This document shows positions 18,506-29,200 of a DNA stretch of 64,000 nt, piece after piece (the first letter of the stretch is position 1; the number at the start of each line of letters is the position of its first letter). The position numbers and the translations under genes are program-made. This DNA comes from Thermoproteaceae archaeon. GTDB lineage: Archaea; Thermoproteota; Thermoprotei; Thermoproteales; Thermoproteaceae. The notes beneath the pieces are model-generated. The model was not told the origin of the DNA, did not search any database, and was given only the letters and a program-made list of their open reading frames with translations. The stretch lies in contig JAJHRB010000001.1 of NCBI GenBank assembly GCA_020833025.1, positions 1-64,000 on the forward strand. The letters run 5' to 3'.

Positions 18506-19523
18506 GAACTACGTAGGAGGTGGCCCTTGCAACATCCTCAGGCCTGACCCTCTCCAGCACCCACCTCCCCAGCCTGACCACTAGCGGCATGTAGATGTAC
18601 TCGCCGCGTCTCTTTTTGTCAAATTTTATCAGCGAGAGCGCGCCGGCAAGCTGCTCCCTCGACGCACGCGCCCGCGTTGGAAGCCCGAGCACCTCAAGCA
18701 GCGACCTCACGTCTGCAACAACGTCCTCGCGCAAGTAGCCCAGGTCGCGCGAGAGGTGGAGCTCTGCAACTATTCCGAGAGACACAGCCTCGCCGTGAAG
18801 GAGGCCCAGCACGCGCTCGAGAGCGTGTCCTACTGTGTGGCCTACATTCAGAACCTGCCTTATTCCCCTCTCCTCAAACTCGTCGATCTCAACCACTCTA
18901 GCCTTTATCTGAAGCGAGCGAAAAATTGCCGTCTCGAGCGCCCTCTCCTCCCGCCTCAGCAGCGCGTCCACGCCCTGCTTTATCCACGCGTAGAGCTCCT
19001 CGTCGAGCGCCACGCCATACTTCACCATTTCGGCAAACGCCGACCGGTACGCCCTATCGGGCAGCGTGTCTAGCCATGACGTGTCGCAGAATATTAGCGA
19101 GGGCTGATAGAAGACGCCTATGAGGTTCTTGATGCTGCCGACATCGACCGCGCCCTTGCCTCCCAGTGCCGCGTCAATCATAGCGAGAAGCGTCGTGGGA
19201 ACGCTCACGAGTCTAAGTCCCCTCATGTAGGTCCCAGCCGCAAAGGTAGCGACGTCGAGCAGCGCGCCCCCGCCCACGGCCACAAGGGCTGTTGACCTGT
19301 CGGCGCCTGCGCGCGCGAGAAATTCATATATCTTGAGCAGCGTGTCGAAACTCTTGACACCCTCGCCGCCCTTCAGTGCCAGCACGGGGACGCCGGGTAT
19401 TGGCGGCCTGAGTCCCTCTTCGATTACCAGCACGGGTCTCTCTACCAGCTCTGAGTACGGGAGATCTCTCCCCACGACGACCTCGGTCATCCCGCGGCTA
19501 TGTCTGTAAGCGAACCGCTTCAT
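18492..19523 (-). CDS. aroB: 3-dehydroquinate synthase
   Basis: [47 protein letters not shown] and DKK motifs. Confidence 0.95.
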   Translation of the reverse strand: MKRFAYRHSRGMTEVVVGRDLPYSELVERPVLVIEEGLRPPIPGVPVLALKGGEGVKSFDTLLKIYEFLARAGADRSTALVAVGGGALLDVATFAAGTYMRGLRLVSVPTTLLAMIDAALGGKGAVDVGSIKNLIGVFYQPSLIFCDTSWLDTLPDRAYRSAFAEMVKYGVALDEELYAWIKQGVDALLRREERALETAIFRSLQIKARVVEIDEFEERGIRQVLNVGHTVGHALERVLGLLHGEAVSLGIVAELHLSRDLGYLREDVVADVRSLLEVLGLPTRARASREQLAGALSLIKFDKKRRGEYIYMPLVVRLGRWVLERVRPEDVARATSYVVHVLH

Positions 19524-20464
19524 CGCAGTCTCACGAGCTCCTCGGCCCTCGCCGCCACGCTCTCTGGCGTGAGGCCGAAGTGGTGGTAAAGATCGGCAGG
19601 GCTCTTTGCGCTCCTGCCATAGGACTTGAGGCCCATGATGGCGATTTTCGTCGGCCTTGTCTGGGACAGATACTCGGCGACGGCGGAGCCGAAGCCGCCG
19701 TGAACCATGTGCTCCTCGACCGTGACAATAGCGCCGGCTTTGGTCGCGTATTTCTCCACCGTGGAGTAGTCGAGGGGCTTAACAGTGGGGAAGTGCACTA
19801 CGGCGGCCGATATTCCCCGGTCTTTTAGCAGCTGTGCTGCGTCAATGGCGCACGGCAGCATGATGCCAGTTGTAAATATCGCAACATCGCTCCCCTCTCT
19901 GATAACATACGCCCTGCCCACCTCGAACTTGTCGTAGAGTGAACAGGTAACCGGGACGTGAAAATCCCTCCCGACCCTTATGTAGGCAGGCCCCCTTATT
20001 GCTGCCGATGCCATGACCGCCCTGTATACCTCGCACGAGTCCGCCGGGACTATTATGGTGAAATTAGGGAGAACTCTAAAGAGTGCGACGTCCTCCAGCG
20101 CTTGGTGTGACGGGCCGTCGTACGCGTCAGAAAATCCTGCGTGAGTCCCAACGAGCCTGACGGGAAGCGCGAGCCTGTCAACGGCGTTTCTGGCCTGCTC
20201 CCAGCCCCTTGCTAGGAACGCCGCGAACGTCACGGCGTACGGCATAAAGCCGGCCAGCGCTAAGCCGGCGGCGATCCCGACCAGCGCCTGCTCCGCAATG
20301 CCAACGTTGAAGTATCTCTCCGGGTGTCTCTCAGCGAAGAGCCTGGCCCTTGTGGGCTCCCCCGTATCTGCGACGAGCACGACAACATCCCCCCTTAAAT
20401 CTCCGAGATCCGCCAGCGCGCGCCCCAGCGCCTCCCGGGGCGTTAGCTCTTCTAGCCCCGACAT
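19520..20464 (-). CDS. Transketolase C-terminal subunit
   Basis: [26 protein letters not shown] and [17 protein letters not shown]. Confidence 0.92.
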   Translation of the reverse strand: MSGLEELTPREALGRALADLGDLRGDVVVLVADTGEPTRARLFAERHPERYFNVGIAEQALVGIAAGLALAGFMPYAVTFAAFLARGWEQARNAVDRLALPVRLVGTHAGFSDAYDGPSHQALEDVALFRVLPNFTIIVPADSCEVYRAVMASAAIRGPAYIRVGRDFHVPVTCSLYDKFEVGRAYVIREGSDVAIFTTGIMLPCAIDAAQLLKDRGISAAVVHFPTVKPLDYSTVEKYATKAGAIVTVEEHMVHGGFGSAVAEYLSQTRPTKIAIMGLKSYGRSAKSPADLYHHFGLTPESVAARAEELVRLR

Positions 20465-21284
20465 GCTAGAGACTGTGCGTACTGCAGGGCCTCGTCTCTC
20501 GATAGTCTCTGCCGGGGAGTTCCCTCGATGCCCGGCACTCCCCTCCCCCTCGCAGTTCTGGCAATAATCACTGCGGGTCTTGTGCTGCTCTCGGCCCTTT
20601 CAAGCGCCGAGACTATCTGCTCGTGGTCGTGCCCGTCGGTCTCGAGTACTTCAAAGCCGAGCGCTCTGAGCCTGCCCGGCAGGTCCCCCTTGCGCAGTAC
20701 CTCCTCAACGCGCCCGTCGAGCTGTATGCCGTTGTAGTCCACTATCGCGAGGAGATTAGTCAAGTTGTAGTGTGCCGCCGCGGCGAAGGACTCCCAGCTT
20801 AGCCCCTCGTCGAGCTCTCCGTCGCCAGTTATTAAGTACACGCGACCTCTGTTGCCCCTCAGCTTGAGGCCCAGGGAGAGGCCGACCGCCATGCTTATTC
20901 CCAGAGCCAGCGAACCTGAGTTGGGCACGTCGACAAACGGCGTGTCTGCCTCGGGGTGGTTCTGGAGGCGGCTGCCCAAGCTACCGGACTCCCTCAGCTC
21001 GTCGAGCGCTAGATAGCCCATTGCCGCGGCGAGCGCGTAAATCGCGTGCACCGCGTGACCCTTAGACAGCACTAGGTAATTCCTGTTGCCCACGCCATTT
21101 GCTAGATTGAACTTCACTCTGCCAGTGCCGTAGAGCGCTACCAGTATGTCGAGCACCGAGAGAGACGACCCGAGGTGCATCCCGGGGTCGTAGCTCGCCA
21201 TTAGGAGCAGGTATAGTCTCGCCCTGCACGCCAGCTCTCTCAGCTGCTGAACCCCGACCTCTCTAGTGCTGAGTACCCCTGCAT
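20452..21284 (-). CDS. Transketolase N-terminal subunit; 5' end out of frame
   Basis: HLGSSLS, LSKGHA and GDGELDEG TPP motif. The helix QQLRELACRARLYLL lies upstream of the called ATG 21201. ATG 21284 needs one extra G at 21276-21279. Confidence 0.9.
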
Positions 21285-21376
21285 GGCCTGAAAGGGGGTC
21301 CGGTATTTAAGTAATCAGCACGTGCGCGCCACGCGCGCGGGTTTTTGTCCTTATAAGCAGACTAGGTAGCGGCCGC

Positions 21377-22357
21377 GTGGAGCGCTTGTTGAGAAACGTC
21401 GTGGAGGTAGTGACGCCCGAGGAGTTCTCCAGGCTGGGAGGCGGCGTGGCGTACCTCGGCTTCGAGCCGACCTGGCCAATACACGTTGGGTGGCTCGTGT
21501 GGGCTTTCAAGCTCGCAGAGCTCAAGGAAGCCGGCTTCGACGTGGTGCTGCTCGTCGCGACGTGGCATGCGTGGATAAATGACAAGGGGTCCGTGGAGGA
21601 GCTGAGGGAGCACGGCCGTAAAATAAAGTCATTTATCGAGAAAATTAGCAATTTCAAATATGTCAATAGCGACGACATTGTCAGCGACCCGAAGTACTGG
21701 GAGCTGGTGGTCAGGGTGGCGAAGGTGACCTCTCTGGCGAGAGTGAGGCGCGCGATACCAATAATGGGCAGGCAGGCCGAGGAGGTCATGCTCGACTTCT
21801 CGAAACTGCTGTACCCGGTCATGCAGGTCGCCGACATGCTCTACCTTGGTGTCGACGTGGCGGTAGGGGGGCTCGACCAGCGTCGCGCTCACATGCTGGC
21901 AAGGGATGCGGCGGAGAGACTCGGCCTCAAGAAGCCGGTAGCCCTTCATGTGCCCGTGATCACCTCGCTCTCTGGCGTTGGGAGAATGGAGGGCATTCAC
22001 GGAGAGCTTGACGAGATGTACGCAATGTACAAAATGAGCAAGTCGAGGCCGAGTAGCGCAATATTCGTCACGGACTCCGATGAGGAGATTCGCAAGAAGG
22101 TCTGGCTCGCGTACTGCCCGCCGAGGGAGACAAGGTTCAACCCTGTGTTTGAGATCGCAGCATACCTCCTCATCCCATACGCCGGGCCTCTCGAGGCAGG
22201 CGGGCGCCGCTACGAGGACCCGCGCGCGCTTGAGGGAGACTACAGGAGCGGTGCCATCGATCCCAGGACTCTTAAGGAGGCCGTGGCGTCCGGCCTCATA
22301 TCTTTATTCTCCAAGCTTAGGAGCTGCGCCGTTGGCAAGCCCGGCACAGCGGCATGA
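21377..22357 (+). CDS. tyrS: Tyrosine--tRNA ligase
   Basis: YLGFEPT..HVG, YPVMQVAD, GGLDQR.AH and KMSKS motifs. Confidence 0.95.
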   Translation: MERLLRNVVEVVTPEEFSRLGGGVAYLGFEPTWPIHVGWLVWAFKLAELKEAGFDVVLLVATWHAWINDKGSVEELREHGRKIKSFIEKISNFKYVNSDDIVSDPKYWELVVRVAKVTSLARVRRAIPIMGRQAEEVMLDFSKLLYPVMQVADMLYLGVDVAVGGLDQRRAHMLARDAAERLGLKKPVALHVPVITSLSGVGRMEGIHGELDEMYAMYKMSKSRPSSAIFVTDSDEEIRKKVWLAYCPPRETRFNPVFEIAAYLLIPYAGPLEAGGRRYEDPRALEGDYRSGAIDPRTLKEAVASGLISLFSKLRSCAVGKPGTAA

Positions 22358-22400
22358 TGCATTATAAGTTCAATAATGGTGTGCTACAATTCGCCACGAA

Positions 22401-23045
22401 ATGTTTAGATGCCAATCTAACTGTGCACTCTGCTGCAGAGTCAGCCCCGTGACCGTGCTGCCGCACGAAGTTTACGTGCTCCAGAGGCACGCGAGCGAGC
22501 TCGGCGTTAGAGCAGTTTTCACGCCTGCGTACAGAATTGCCGAGCTCAAGTCGGGCATGAGAATTGCCTTGAGCTACTTAATGCAGCTGGACGAGGAGGG
22601 AAAGTGTCCGTTCTTAATGGGCGTTAAGTGCGCAGTCCATGACCTCTACAAGCCGCTGACGTGCCGTGCATTCCCCTACCTGCCGAGAGTAATAAAGTAC
22701 GAGTTACTACCTCACTTGAGGGAGATAAGAATCAACGTCAAGTTTGTGATGTCAACGCTGTGTCCTGTCGTCAGAAGGGACCTCACGCCAGCCGCTGCCG
22801 CCATGATGTCTGACGTGAGCGTTGCCGCGGAGTATGCGCCACACGAGGTCAGGGCGGCTGTAGAGACCCTCAGAGGCAGGTATCTCTACGTTAAAATGCT
22901 TAACGAGCTCTGGAAGCGGGAAGTTGTCGAGCTTGACGAGGAGGGCAAGTATCTGTTCTTCCCCATAGTTAACGGCTTTGTGTTCCTGCGGCGCTTTTAT
23001 CCAGACCTAACGCTGGACAAGCTCGTGCGAGCCCTCAGCGAGTAG
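22401..23045 (+). CDS. YkgJ-family Cys-cluster (Fe-S/Zn chelating) protein
   Basis: CQSNCALCC, CPFL..CAVH..KPLTCRAFP. Confidence 0.85.
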   Translation: MFRCQSNCALCCRVSPVTVLPHEVYVLQRHASELGVRAVFTPAYRIAELKSGMRIALSYLMQLDEEGKCPFLMGVKCAVHDLYKPLTCRAFPYLPRVIKYELLPHLREIRINVKFVMSTLCPVVRRDLTPAAAAMMSDVSVAAEYAPHEVRAAVETLRGRYLYVKMLNELWKREVVELDEEGKYLFFPIVNGFVFLRRFYPDLTLDKLVRALSE

Positions 23046-23084
23046 AGGGACTCTTCACCATTCCGGCCTCACGCGCCACATCAT
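23035..23084 (-). ncRNA. C/D box guide sRNA (less canonical)
   Basis: C AUGAUGU, guide GGCGCGUGAGG, D' CCGG, AAUG, C' GUGAAGA, guide GUCCCUCUACUCG, D CUGA. A CTTAAAAA box lies upstream near 23133-23140. Confidence 0.6.
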
Positions 23085-23569
23085 TGACGGGCCGCCGGCT
23101 CCAGCAATCTGTGCCGTGAGCGCGGCGCGGCTTTTTAAGAGCTCCAGCACTGAGCGCACTCCTGACCGCTATGCAGCGGCGCCTCAAGAGCCGGCGGAGT
23201 GCTGCCCTCGCCAGGCCCCGCGGCAGCCCGGAATCCCGCCGTTTGAGATTTGGCAGAGAGCTCTCGGGCTGCTGGCTTGTAATAGATATTCTAGGCGGGG
23301 CGATGAGCGGGCAGGGGCGTGGAGCTCATTGCGCGACTTGCCGTGCAGTACAAGTGCCGGTCGTCGCAGACGTGCCGGAGGGCTCTCAATGAGAGGGCCC
23401 GGGCGGAGCAATAGCCGCCCCGCCGTAAGGAGGTCTCAATCCGGCATGCTGGAGCTGCAGGGCAGGCAGCTCAGGGTGCCCTCGCCGAATAACCGACCCG
23501 TTATACTAATCCGGATTAATATAATCCGGCCGGGGGCGCTGCCCGGGAGGCGGCCGGATTGAAATGGGC

Positions 23570-24745
23570 CTAGCTCGCGCCCCTTATTACCGCATCGACG
23601 TACTTCTTTCTCTCACTGTCGTATTCATCAGCAGCGTAGGGCTTTATCCTCGCTAGGATCTTCGGGAGGGCTGTGTACTCCAGCTCCTCAGGCGGCAGCC
23701 TGTGCGGCTGGAACGGGCCCATGCGGCGTATGTAATCCGCTATCATTGCCGCCACGTGTCTCGTGTAATCAAAAGCAGGATCGTCAAACATGTCGACGGC
23801 TCCCTCTAGGTGGCCGTCGTGCAGCTGGAAGCCGAGGGCGCCTACCTTCGGCGGCCCGTCGAATCTCGTCATTTTTGGCCCTATGGCCATTCTCCTATCC
23901 GGGTCTATCAGCGCAAATCTTGCCGGCATTAACGGGCCTGCGTGGCTTCCGCGCATCCACCCGTGCACGAGGTGCGGGTGGGCGAACGCCTCTAGAATCT
24001 CGCCGACTGCCGGCAGTCCAGCCTGTGCCCTGGTTATCATGACCGGGTCGTCCTTGCCGACGTACCTGCCGGCTATGAGTGAGAGTCTCTCGACGCTATT
24101 CACTGCCGCCACGAGCCCGTCCTTCCTGTAAACCCTCCTAATGATGTACCTGCCCGTAGTACCCACGAGACCGAGCAGCGCGTAGGACTCCTCGGGCGTC
24201 TTCAGCAAGTACACCTTGTGCTCCTTCACATCCAAGACCTCGAACACGAAACCGTCGTGCATCGCCGGGTCTATTACAAGCCCAGCTGTGTTAAACGGGT
24301 CGGCGAATATCCGGTACAGCGGTAGGTTAAATGCGCCTGGCTCTGTCTTGTCGGCTGCAAAGGCAATTACGGGCTCACTAGGTCTTTCCTCTATTTCCAT
24401 CTCGGCGACTTGCGGCCCCAGGCCGCGTATGTTACCTGAGAAGGCATCTTTAAGAAGATCCTGGCCTGCGCCGTACAGCTTGTACCTCTTGGCGACTTGC
24501 TCCGTGACCTCCTTAAACGTCTCCCACGCGAGTCCGTGAATCTCCGGGCTATCCTCGCCCTTTGTGTGCGTCATTAGCAGCGATATGTCGTCGCCGACGT
24601 TGAAGACGAAGTAATCAATTATGACCCCCCTCCTCTGCGCCTCCTTCAGCTTCGCGGCGGCGTACTCGAGCATTTTCGGGTGGACTTGCGCGTGCCCCGG
24701 AAACCCGCCGACGTCCGCCTTGATCAGCGACACCGTGACCTGCAT
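23570..24745 (-). CDS. fbp: Fructose-1,6-bisphosphate aldolase/phosphatase
   Basis: SLIKADVGGFPGH, DKTEPGAFNLP, YVGKDDP and GWMRGSH motifs. Confidence 0.97.
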   Translation of the reverse strand: MQVTVSLIKADVGGFPGHAQVHPKMLEYAAAKLKEAQRRGVIIDYFVFNVGDDISLLMTHTKGEDSPEIHGLAWETFKEVTEQVAKRYKLYGAGQDLLKDAFSGNIRGLGPQVAEMEIEERPSEPVIAFAADKTEPGAFNLPLYRIFADPFNTAGLVIDPAMHDGFVFEVLDVKEHKVYLLKTPEESYALLGLVGTTGRYIIRRVYRKDGLVAAVNSVERLSLIAGRYVGKDDPVMITRAQAGLPAVGEILEAFAHPHLVHGWMRGSHAGPLMPARFALIDPDRRMAIGPKMTRFDGPPKVGALGFQLHDGHLEGAVDMFDDPAFDYTRHVAAMIADYIRRMGPFQPHRLPPEELEYTALPKILARIKPYAADEYDSERKKYVDAVIRGAS

Positions 24746-24840
24746 GTGCGGTTGCGGGCCGGGTTAGAAATATTTTGCTATTTGCTATATGGGCCTGGAG
24801 AGCCGGCGGCGACATTTAAAGCTGCCGAGTCGCCGGCGGG

Positions 24841-26184
24841 GTGGGCCTTCGCATTTACAGCTTATGCACGGCGTACAAGGACCTAACCGCGGGATCTCCC
24901 CGCGAGAGGGAGTTCCTCCAGCGCATCCTCACGCTTCTCGACACGCCGCGCCTCTGGTTTCACATATCGCCCGTTGAGGTGTTGTACTGGGAGGACGCAG
25001 GCGCCAGGCTTGAGGTCGGGGGCGAGGCCCTCGAGGGGCTCTCAATGCCGTACTCCAAACCGGCGTCGGTGGAGGGCAGGCTCGTCGCGCTGCGCGACAA
25101 CGTGGAGGGCAATATCGTTGTAGAGAGACTGCCAGAGGACGTCGACGACGCCAAGTATATTGTCATAGAGGCAGCGCGCCGGGGCGCCGCCGCGGTGGTC
25201 TTTGCGGACGCGCCGCCGCGGAGGGTGGTCGTCACAGGCGAGCATGGCTTTAAGCTAGACGCTGCGCCGACGCCGATTTCCGTCGCGTGCATAGAGGGCG
25301 CCGATAGATATCTCGGCAAGCGCGCCAGGCTGGACGTGATGACTAGGTCGAGGGTGACATACAGTTACAATCTCATTGCATTTAATTCATTTGAGGACAC
25401 ACCAATGATATCTGCGCACTGGGACCACTGGCTCACGGGCGCCGCGGATAACTGCGCCGGCGTTGAGGCCGCAATCACGGCGTTCATTGACCTCGTCTTA
25501 AGCGACGTGCCAATCGCACTGGGGCTCTTTACTGCAGAGGAGGGCGTGGCGCCGCATGTCCCGTCACTGTACTGGGCGTGGGGCTCGCTCAACTATCTCA
25601 GCAGGCGGGGGCCGACGCTTCTCGTGAACGTCGACGTTGTCGGCGTTGGGACCCCACGCATCTATGCCATGCCTTACTTGCACCACGCGCTGAGAGACCT
25701 GGCCCCGGTCGAGAGCCCAATACCCTACTTTGACAGCGTGCACTACGAAATGTGGGGCATGCCGTCGCTGACGGTCTCCTCGCTGAGAGATGCATGGGGC
25801 ATCTATCACAGCGCGCTGGACGTGCAAGCGTCTCTAGACAGCATTATTCTGTCCGCGGAGCTGGCAAAGCGCGCAGCTAGAATCGAGCCGCGAGCGCCGC
25901 AAGTGAGTCTCGAAAAATACGGCCTTGCCAGAGTCGACGAGCCGTATCTAGCCTGGTCGCTCGTGTATAATTACCTGGTACTGTTCGAGGACTTCGCACA
26001 CTCTGAAATTGTTTACACGGACGTATTTCAATTTTTAAAGAGCAAGGGGGGGAGGTACCGTAGAGTGGACCTGCTCGGAGGCCCCACGCTATGCTTGAAT
26101 AACTGCGAGAGCGCACTTGATACTTATAGAGAGCTTGCACTGCTTGCGCTCTCCCGCGGGGCCCGCGGCCCTCGCGCAGCTTAG
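24841..26184 (+). CDS. M28-family peptidase-like protein with PA-like insert
   Basis: ISAHWDHW..GAADNCAGV, FTAEEG, LVNVDVVG and YHSALD. Confidence 0.75.
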   Translation: MGLRIYSLCTAYKDLTAGSPREREFLQRILTLLDTPRLWFHISPVEVLYWEDAGARLEVGGEALEGLSMPYSKPASVEGRLVALRDNVEGNIVVERLPEDVDDAKYIVIEAARRGAAAVVFADAPPRRVVVTGEHGFKLDAAPTPISVACIEGADRYLGKRARLDVMTRSRVTYSYNLIAFNSFEDTPMISAHWDHWLTGAADNCAGVEAAITAFIDLVLSDVPIALGLFTAEEGVAPHVPSLYWAWGSLNYLSRRGPTLLVNVDVVGVGTPRIYAMPYLHHALRDLAPVESPIPYFDSVHYEMWGMPSLTVSSLRDAWGIYHSALDVQASLDSIILSAELAKRAARIEPRAPQVSLEKYGLARVDEPYLAWSLVYNYLVLFEDFAHSEIVYTDVFQFLKSKGGRYRRVDLLGGPTLCLNNCESALDTYRELALLALSRGARGPRAA

Positions 26185-26651
26185 TGATTGAGCTCCTGCG
26201 GCCGCGCCTCGAGCACGCTCCTGAGGTAAGTTGACGACAGCCTGTTCCCGTACCCGTCTCGAACGGTTGATATCACTACGATATCCAGCGGCCTCATGCC
26301 TTGTCTCGCCCTTGCGTCGTTAATCTCGAAGGCCCTCGGGGCTGTCTCGACACTGACAACAATGGCATCGATTTGGTTGTCTGTCGCGGCAGGCCCGTAG
26401 GGATCGTCGAGCTCCACGTACGCGGCCTTCCTCTCTGGCGCTATCAAGTCCATGAGACCTCTGACGCTCATGAGCCTGACGGTAAAGGGCCTAACCGCAT
26501 ATCGCTTTAAAGACGCCGCAAACCTGTCGCTCGTCACGCCGACCCACACTCTCTCGCCAACTAGCGCCGCGGTTGCCAGCAGCTTTATGTGCCCCGAGTG
26601 CAGTGTGTCAAAGGTGCCGCCGACTGCCACACAGCGGAACCTCAGTCTCAT
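26181..26651 (-). CDS. coaD: Phosphopantetheine adenylyltransferase (archaeal type)
   Basis: VGGTFDTLHSGH, IVVSVET and LSSTYLR. Start 26651 chosen from TATA spacing. Confidence 0.88.
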   Translation of the reverse strand: MRLRFRCVAVGGTFDTLHSGHIKLLATAALVGERVWVGVTSDRFAASLKRYAVRPFTVRLMSVRGLMDLIAPERKAAYVELDDPYGPAATDNQIDAIVVSVETAPRAFEINDARARQGMRPLDIVVISTVRDGYGNRLSSTYLRSVLEARPQELNH

Positions 26652-26726
26652 GCGCGTTCTAGGCATGTGGCATAAAAGCTCGCCCCCAGCTGCCAATCTC
26701 AAATAATATCTTGCGAACACTCCCGC

Positions 26727-27371
26727 GTGAACACGCGCGCGCTAGAGAGACTCCTCTCCGAGAGCCCGCGCGCGCTCGATGCCAGGTACCGGCCCAGGGA
26801 GGTCATCTGCGAGCCGGTGCGCGCCCCGTTTGCAGTGCGTCTCGACGGCGTGAGCTTCGGCAAGAGGCTAAGAGACTTCGAGGCTCCCCGGAGTGCGTTC
26901 GTGCACGCCGCGCTTGTCGGCGCGGCGAGAGCTCTTGCCTCGACTTATGGCGCTGAGATTGTTCACGTGGTGAGCGACGAGATAAACCTCGTGTTTCTCG
27001 CATCGGCGCCCTACGGCGGCAGAGCGGCTAAGGTCGTGAGCGTCCTCGCCGCGCACGCGTCAGCCGAGCTAACGGCAAAACTCGGCAGGCCTCTGTACTT
27101 CGATGGGAGGGCCCTCATGCTGGATGATGCTTGCGATGCTGCCAAGTATCTCATTTACCGGGCTAGAGTGGGGCTGAATAACTATGTAGTGAAGCTAGCC
27201 AGAATGTCCGGTCTCGTAAGCTCGCGCACTCCCAGGCTGGCAGAGCTGCTGGGCAGAGTGAAAATAGAGCGCGAGGACTTGGCCTGGGGCACGTTCATAG
27301 TTAAGGAGAGCGGGTATAGAGAGCATACCGATATTTGCGCCTTGGTGGCCCGTTTCTGCGGCTCATGCTAG
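26727..27371 (+). CDS. thg1: tRNA(His) guanylyltransferase Thg1-like protein
   Basis: VRLDGVSF, VSDEINL, FDGRA and Y..R..NN motifs. Confidence 0.85.
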   Translation: MNTRALERLLSESPRALDARYRPREVICEPVRAPFAVRLDGVSFGKRLRDFEAPRSAFVHAALVGAARALASTYGAEIVHVVSDEINLVFLASAPYGGRAAKVVSVLAAHASAELTAKLGRPLYFDGRALMLDDACDAAKYLIYRARVGLNNYVVKLARMSGLVSSRTPRLAELLGRVKIEREDLAWGTFIVKESGYREHTDICALVARFCGSC

Positions 27372-27421
27372 GGTGCAGCTCAGCACGCCAGCGCGCCTTC
27401 TGCTCGGCTGGGATTGAGGTA

Positions 27422-28933
27422 TTACCTAAATTTCTCTTCGAGGTACCGCACTAGATACTCGGCGTTGTACGCCTCGCCGAAGCTACGCGCGAGAAGCTCC
27501 TTCGGCGCGTAAATGCTGCCCCACTTATGCACTTTCTCGCGTAGATACTCCCACAGCTGAGCGAAATTCCCTGACATCACAAGCTCCCCGACCCTTCCGT
27601 GTTTGTAGTATATCATTGCCGCGATGGCATTGCCTAGGGTGTACGTGGGAAAGTAGCCGATGAGGCCGTTTGCCCAGTGAATGTCCTGCAGCACGCCCTC
27701 AGCGTCATTTCTCGGCCTAATGCCCAGGAGCCTCTCCATTTCATAATTCCAGAGCTCTGGAAGTTGCGAGACCTTTATCTCGCCTGCCACCAGCATGCTT
27801 TCCAGCTTGTACCTCAGTAATACATGCAAGTTATAGGTCACCTCGTCGGACTCAACTCTGATGGGGTATGGCCTCACGGTATTGAAGTAATAAAATACGT
27901 CCTCTTCGGCGTAATCCGACATGAAGGGCAGGCACTCCCGCAGAACAGGCATTATAAGGGAGGCGAACTCGCGGCTCCTACCAACGAAATTCTCGACGAA
28001 TCTTGACTGGCTCTCATGAAGCCCGAGAGAGTTAGGAGTCCCGACAGGCGTCATGAGCAAGGACTCATCAATGCCTAGACTGTAGAGCGCGTGGCCGTAC
28101 TCATGAAGCGCTGAGAACAGCGTTTCTTTGAAGTTAACATCTCTATATCTCACGGTAATTCTTACATCGTAGCGCTGGGTGATTTCAATGCTAAAGGGGT
28201 GTGGCGACGTGTCTACTCTGAGCCTGTCCTTAGGGAGGCCGAGCATCTCGAGGGTCTTTACTACCAGCGCCTCTATCCTCTGCCTCTTGCACGGGACTCT
28301 CTCAAGCGGATGGCTTCTCGGCCAGCCCAGCGCCTCGAGCCTCCTCAGCAGCCCTTTAATGACGGGCTCCAGCGTGGAGAAAATCTGCTCGATGTCTCTG
28401 CGCGTGAGCCCCTCCTCGTACAAATCGAGTAGCGCGTCGTAGGGGTGCTCCTCGTAGCCGAGCCTCTCCGCGATAACTCTCGAGAGCTCGACTATTCTCT
28501 CTAGATGTGGCGCTAAGATTTCAAATCTTGATCTCTCCCTCGCCGCTCTCCACGCTACAGACGCCTCTGATGTTACTTTATTAAATTCTCTTATTACATC
28601 GGGAGGCACTCTCTGGAAATATTTTAATTCTCTACTTAGCACTCTTATAATTCCTCTTTCGATATCTGTCAAGTCCTTTTCCTCCTTGGCGCGCTCGACG
28701 AGACGCACGAGCTTCTCGTCAAGCATAATCCGCTGGATTAACTGCGCTATCTCTGCCCGCGCGATTGCGCGTCCCACGATCCCCTCACGCGGCATGTACG
28801 TCTCGAGGTCCCACTGCATTAGTGCCAGCGCGTGCTCCAGCGCCCAGATCGCTCGGTAGTGCTCGAGTATCTGCCTTACAGTCTCCGACCTTATGGCGGT
28901 GCTCTCTCGCCGCGGGGATGGCGCCGAAGTCAC
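27422..28933 (-). CDS. Carboxypeptidase M32
   Basis: HPF, HEYGHALY, HESQS, IRVESDE, LQDIHW and GYFPTYTLG. Confidence 0.95.
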   Translation of the reverse strand: MTSAPSPRRESTAIRSETVRQILEHYRAIWALEHALALMQWDLETYMPREGIVGRAIARAEIAQLIQRIMLDEKLVRLVERAKEEKDLTDIERGIIRVLSRELKYFQRVPPDVIREFNKVTSEASVAWRAARERSRFEILAPHLERIVELSRVIAERLGYEEHPYDALLDLYEEGLTRRDIEQIFSTLEPVIKGLLRRLEALGWPRSHPLERVPCKRQRIEALVVKTLEMLGLPKDRLRVDTSPHPFSIEITQRYDVRITVRYRDVNFKETLFSALHEYGHALYSLGIDESLLMTPVGTPNSLGLHESQSRFVENFVGRSREFASLIMPVLRECLPFMSDYAEEDVFYYFNTVRPYPIRVESDEVTYNLHVLLRYKLESMLVAGEIKVSQLPELWNYEMERLLGIRPRNDAEGVLQDIHWANGLIGYFPTYTLGNAIAAMIYYKHGRVGELVMSGNFAQLWEYLREKVHKWGSIYAPKELLARSFGEAYNAEYLVRYLEEKFR

Positions 28934-29109
28934 GCCCTCCCGGCCTTGAGCCCTCCGAGGAGAGCCCTGACACTCGTGCCGCCAGTCAGCAGCCCTATCG
29001 CACCGCTGAGGACTGCTCCGGTGCCTGCCGGCATTTCAATCCTGGCCCGCAATTTCTCCCGCGTGCCCGGCCCGAGCTTAGTGACCTTGAGGCGTCCCTT
29101 ACTAGTCAC
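28930..29109 (-). CDS. Putative 59-aa small protein coupled to the carboxypeptidase gene
   Basis: GTG 29109 opens MTSKGRLKVTKLGPG..GAVLSGAIGLLTGG..KAGRA. Its TGA overlaps the carboxypeptidase GTG (GTGA). Confidence 0.35.
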   Translation of the reverse strand: MTSKGRLKVTKLGPGTREKLRARIEMPAGTGAVLSGAIGLLTGGTSVRALLGGLKAGRA

Positions 29110-29200
29110 GCCAGTAGGTTAATGATACAAAAAGAGCAGGACGGAGGCCGGCACAGCCGGCTCACGCAGCATCCTGCCGCGCACGTGCGGCTCAACTCGG

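Noticed and set aside
27378-27428. Minus-strand CCGA, 13-nt guide-like stretch and CUGA
   Set aside because: No acceptable C box and a poor C' box; insufficient support.
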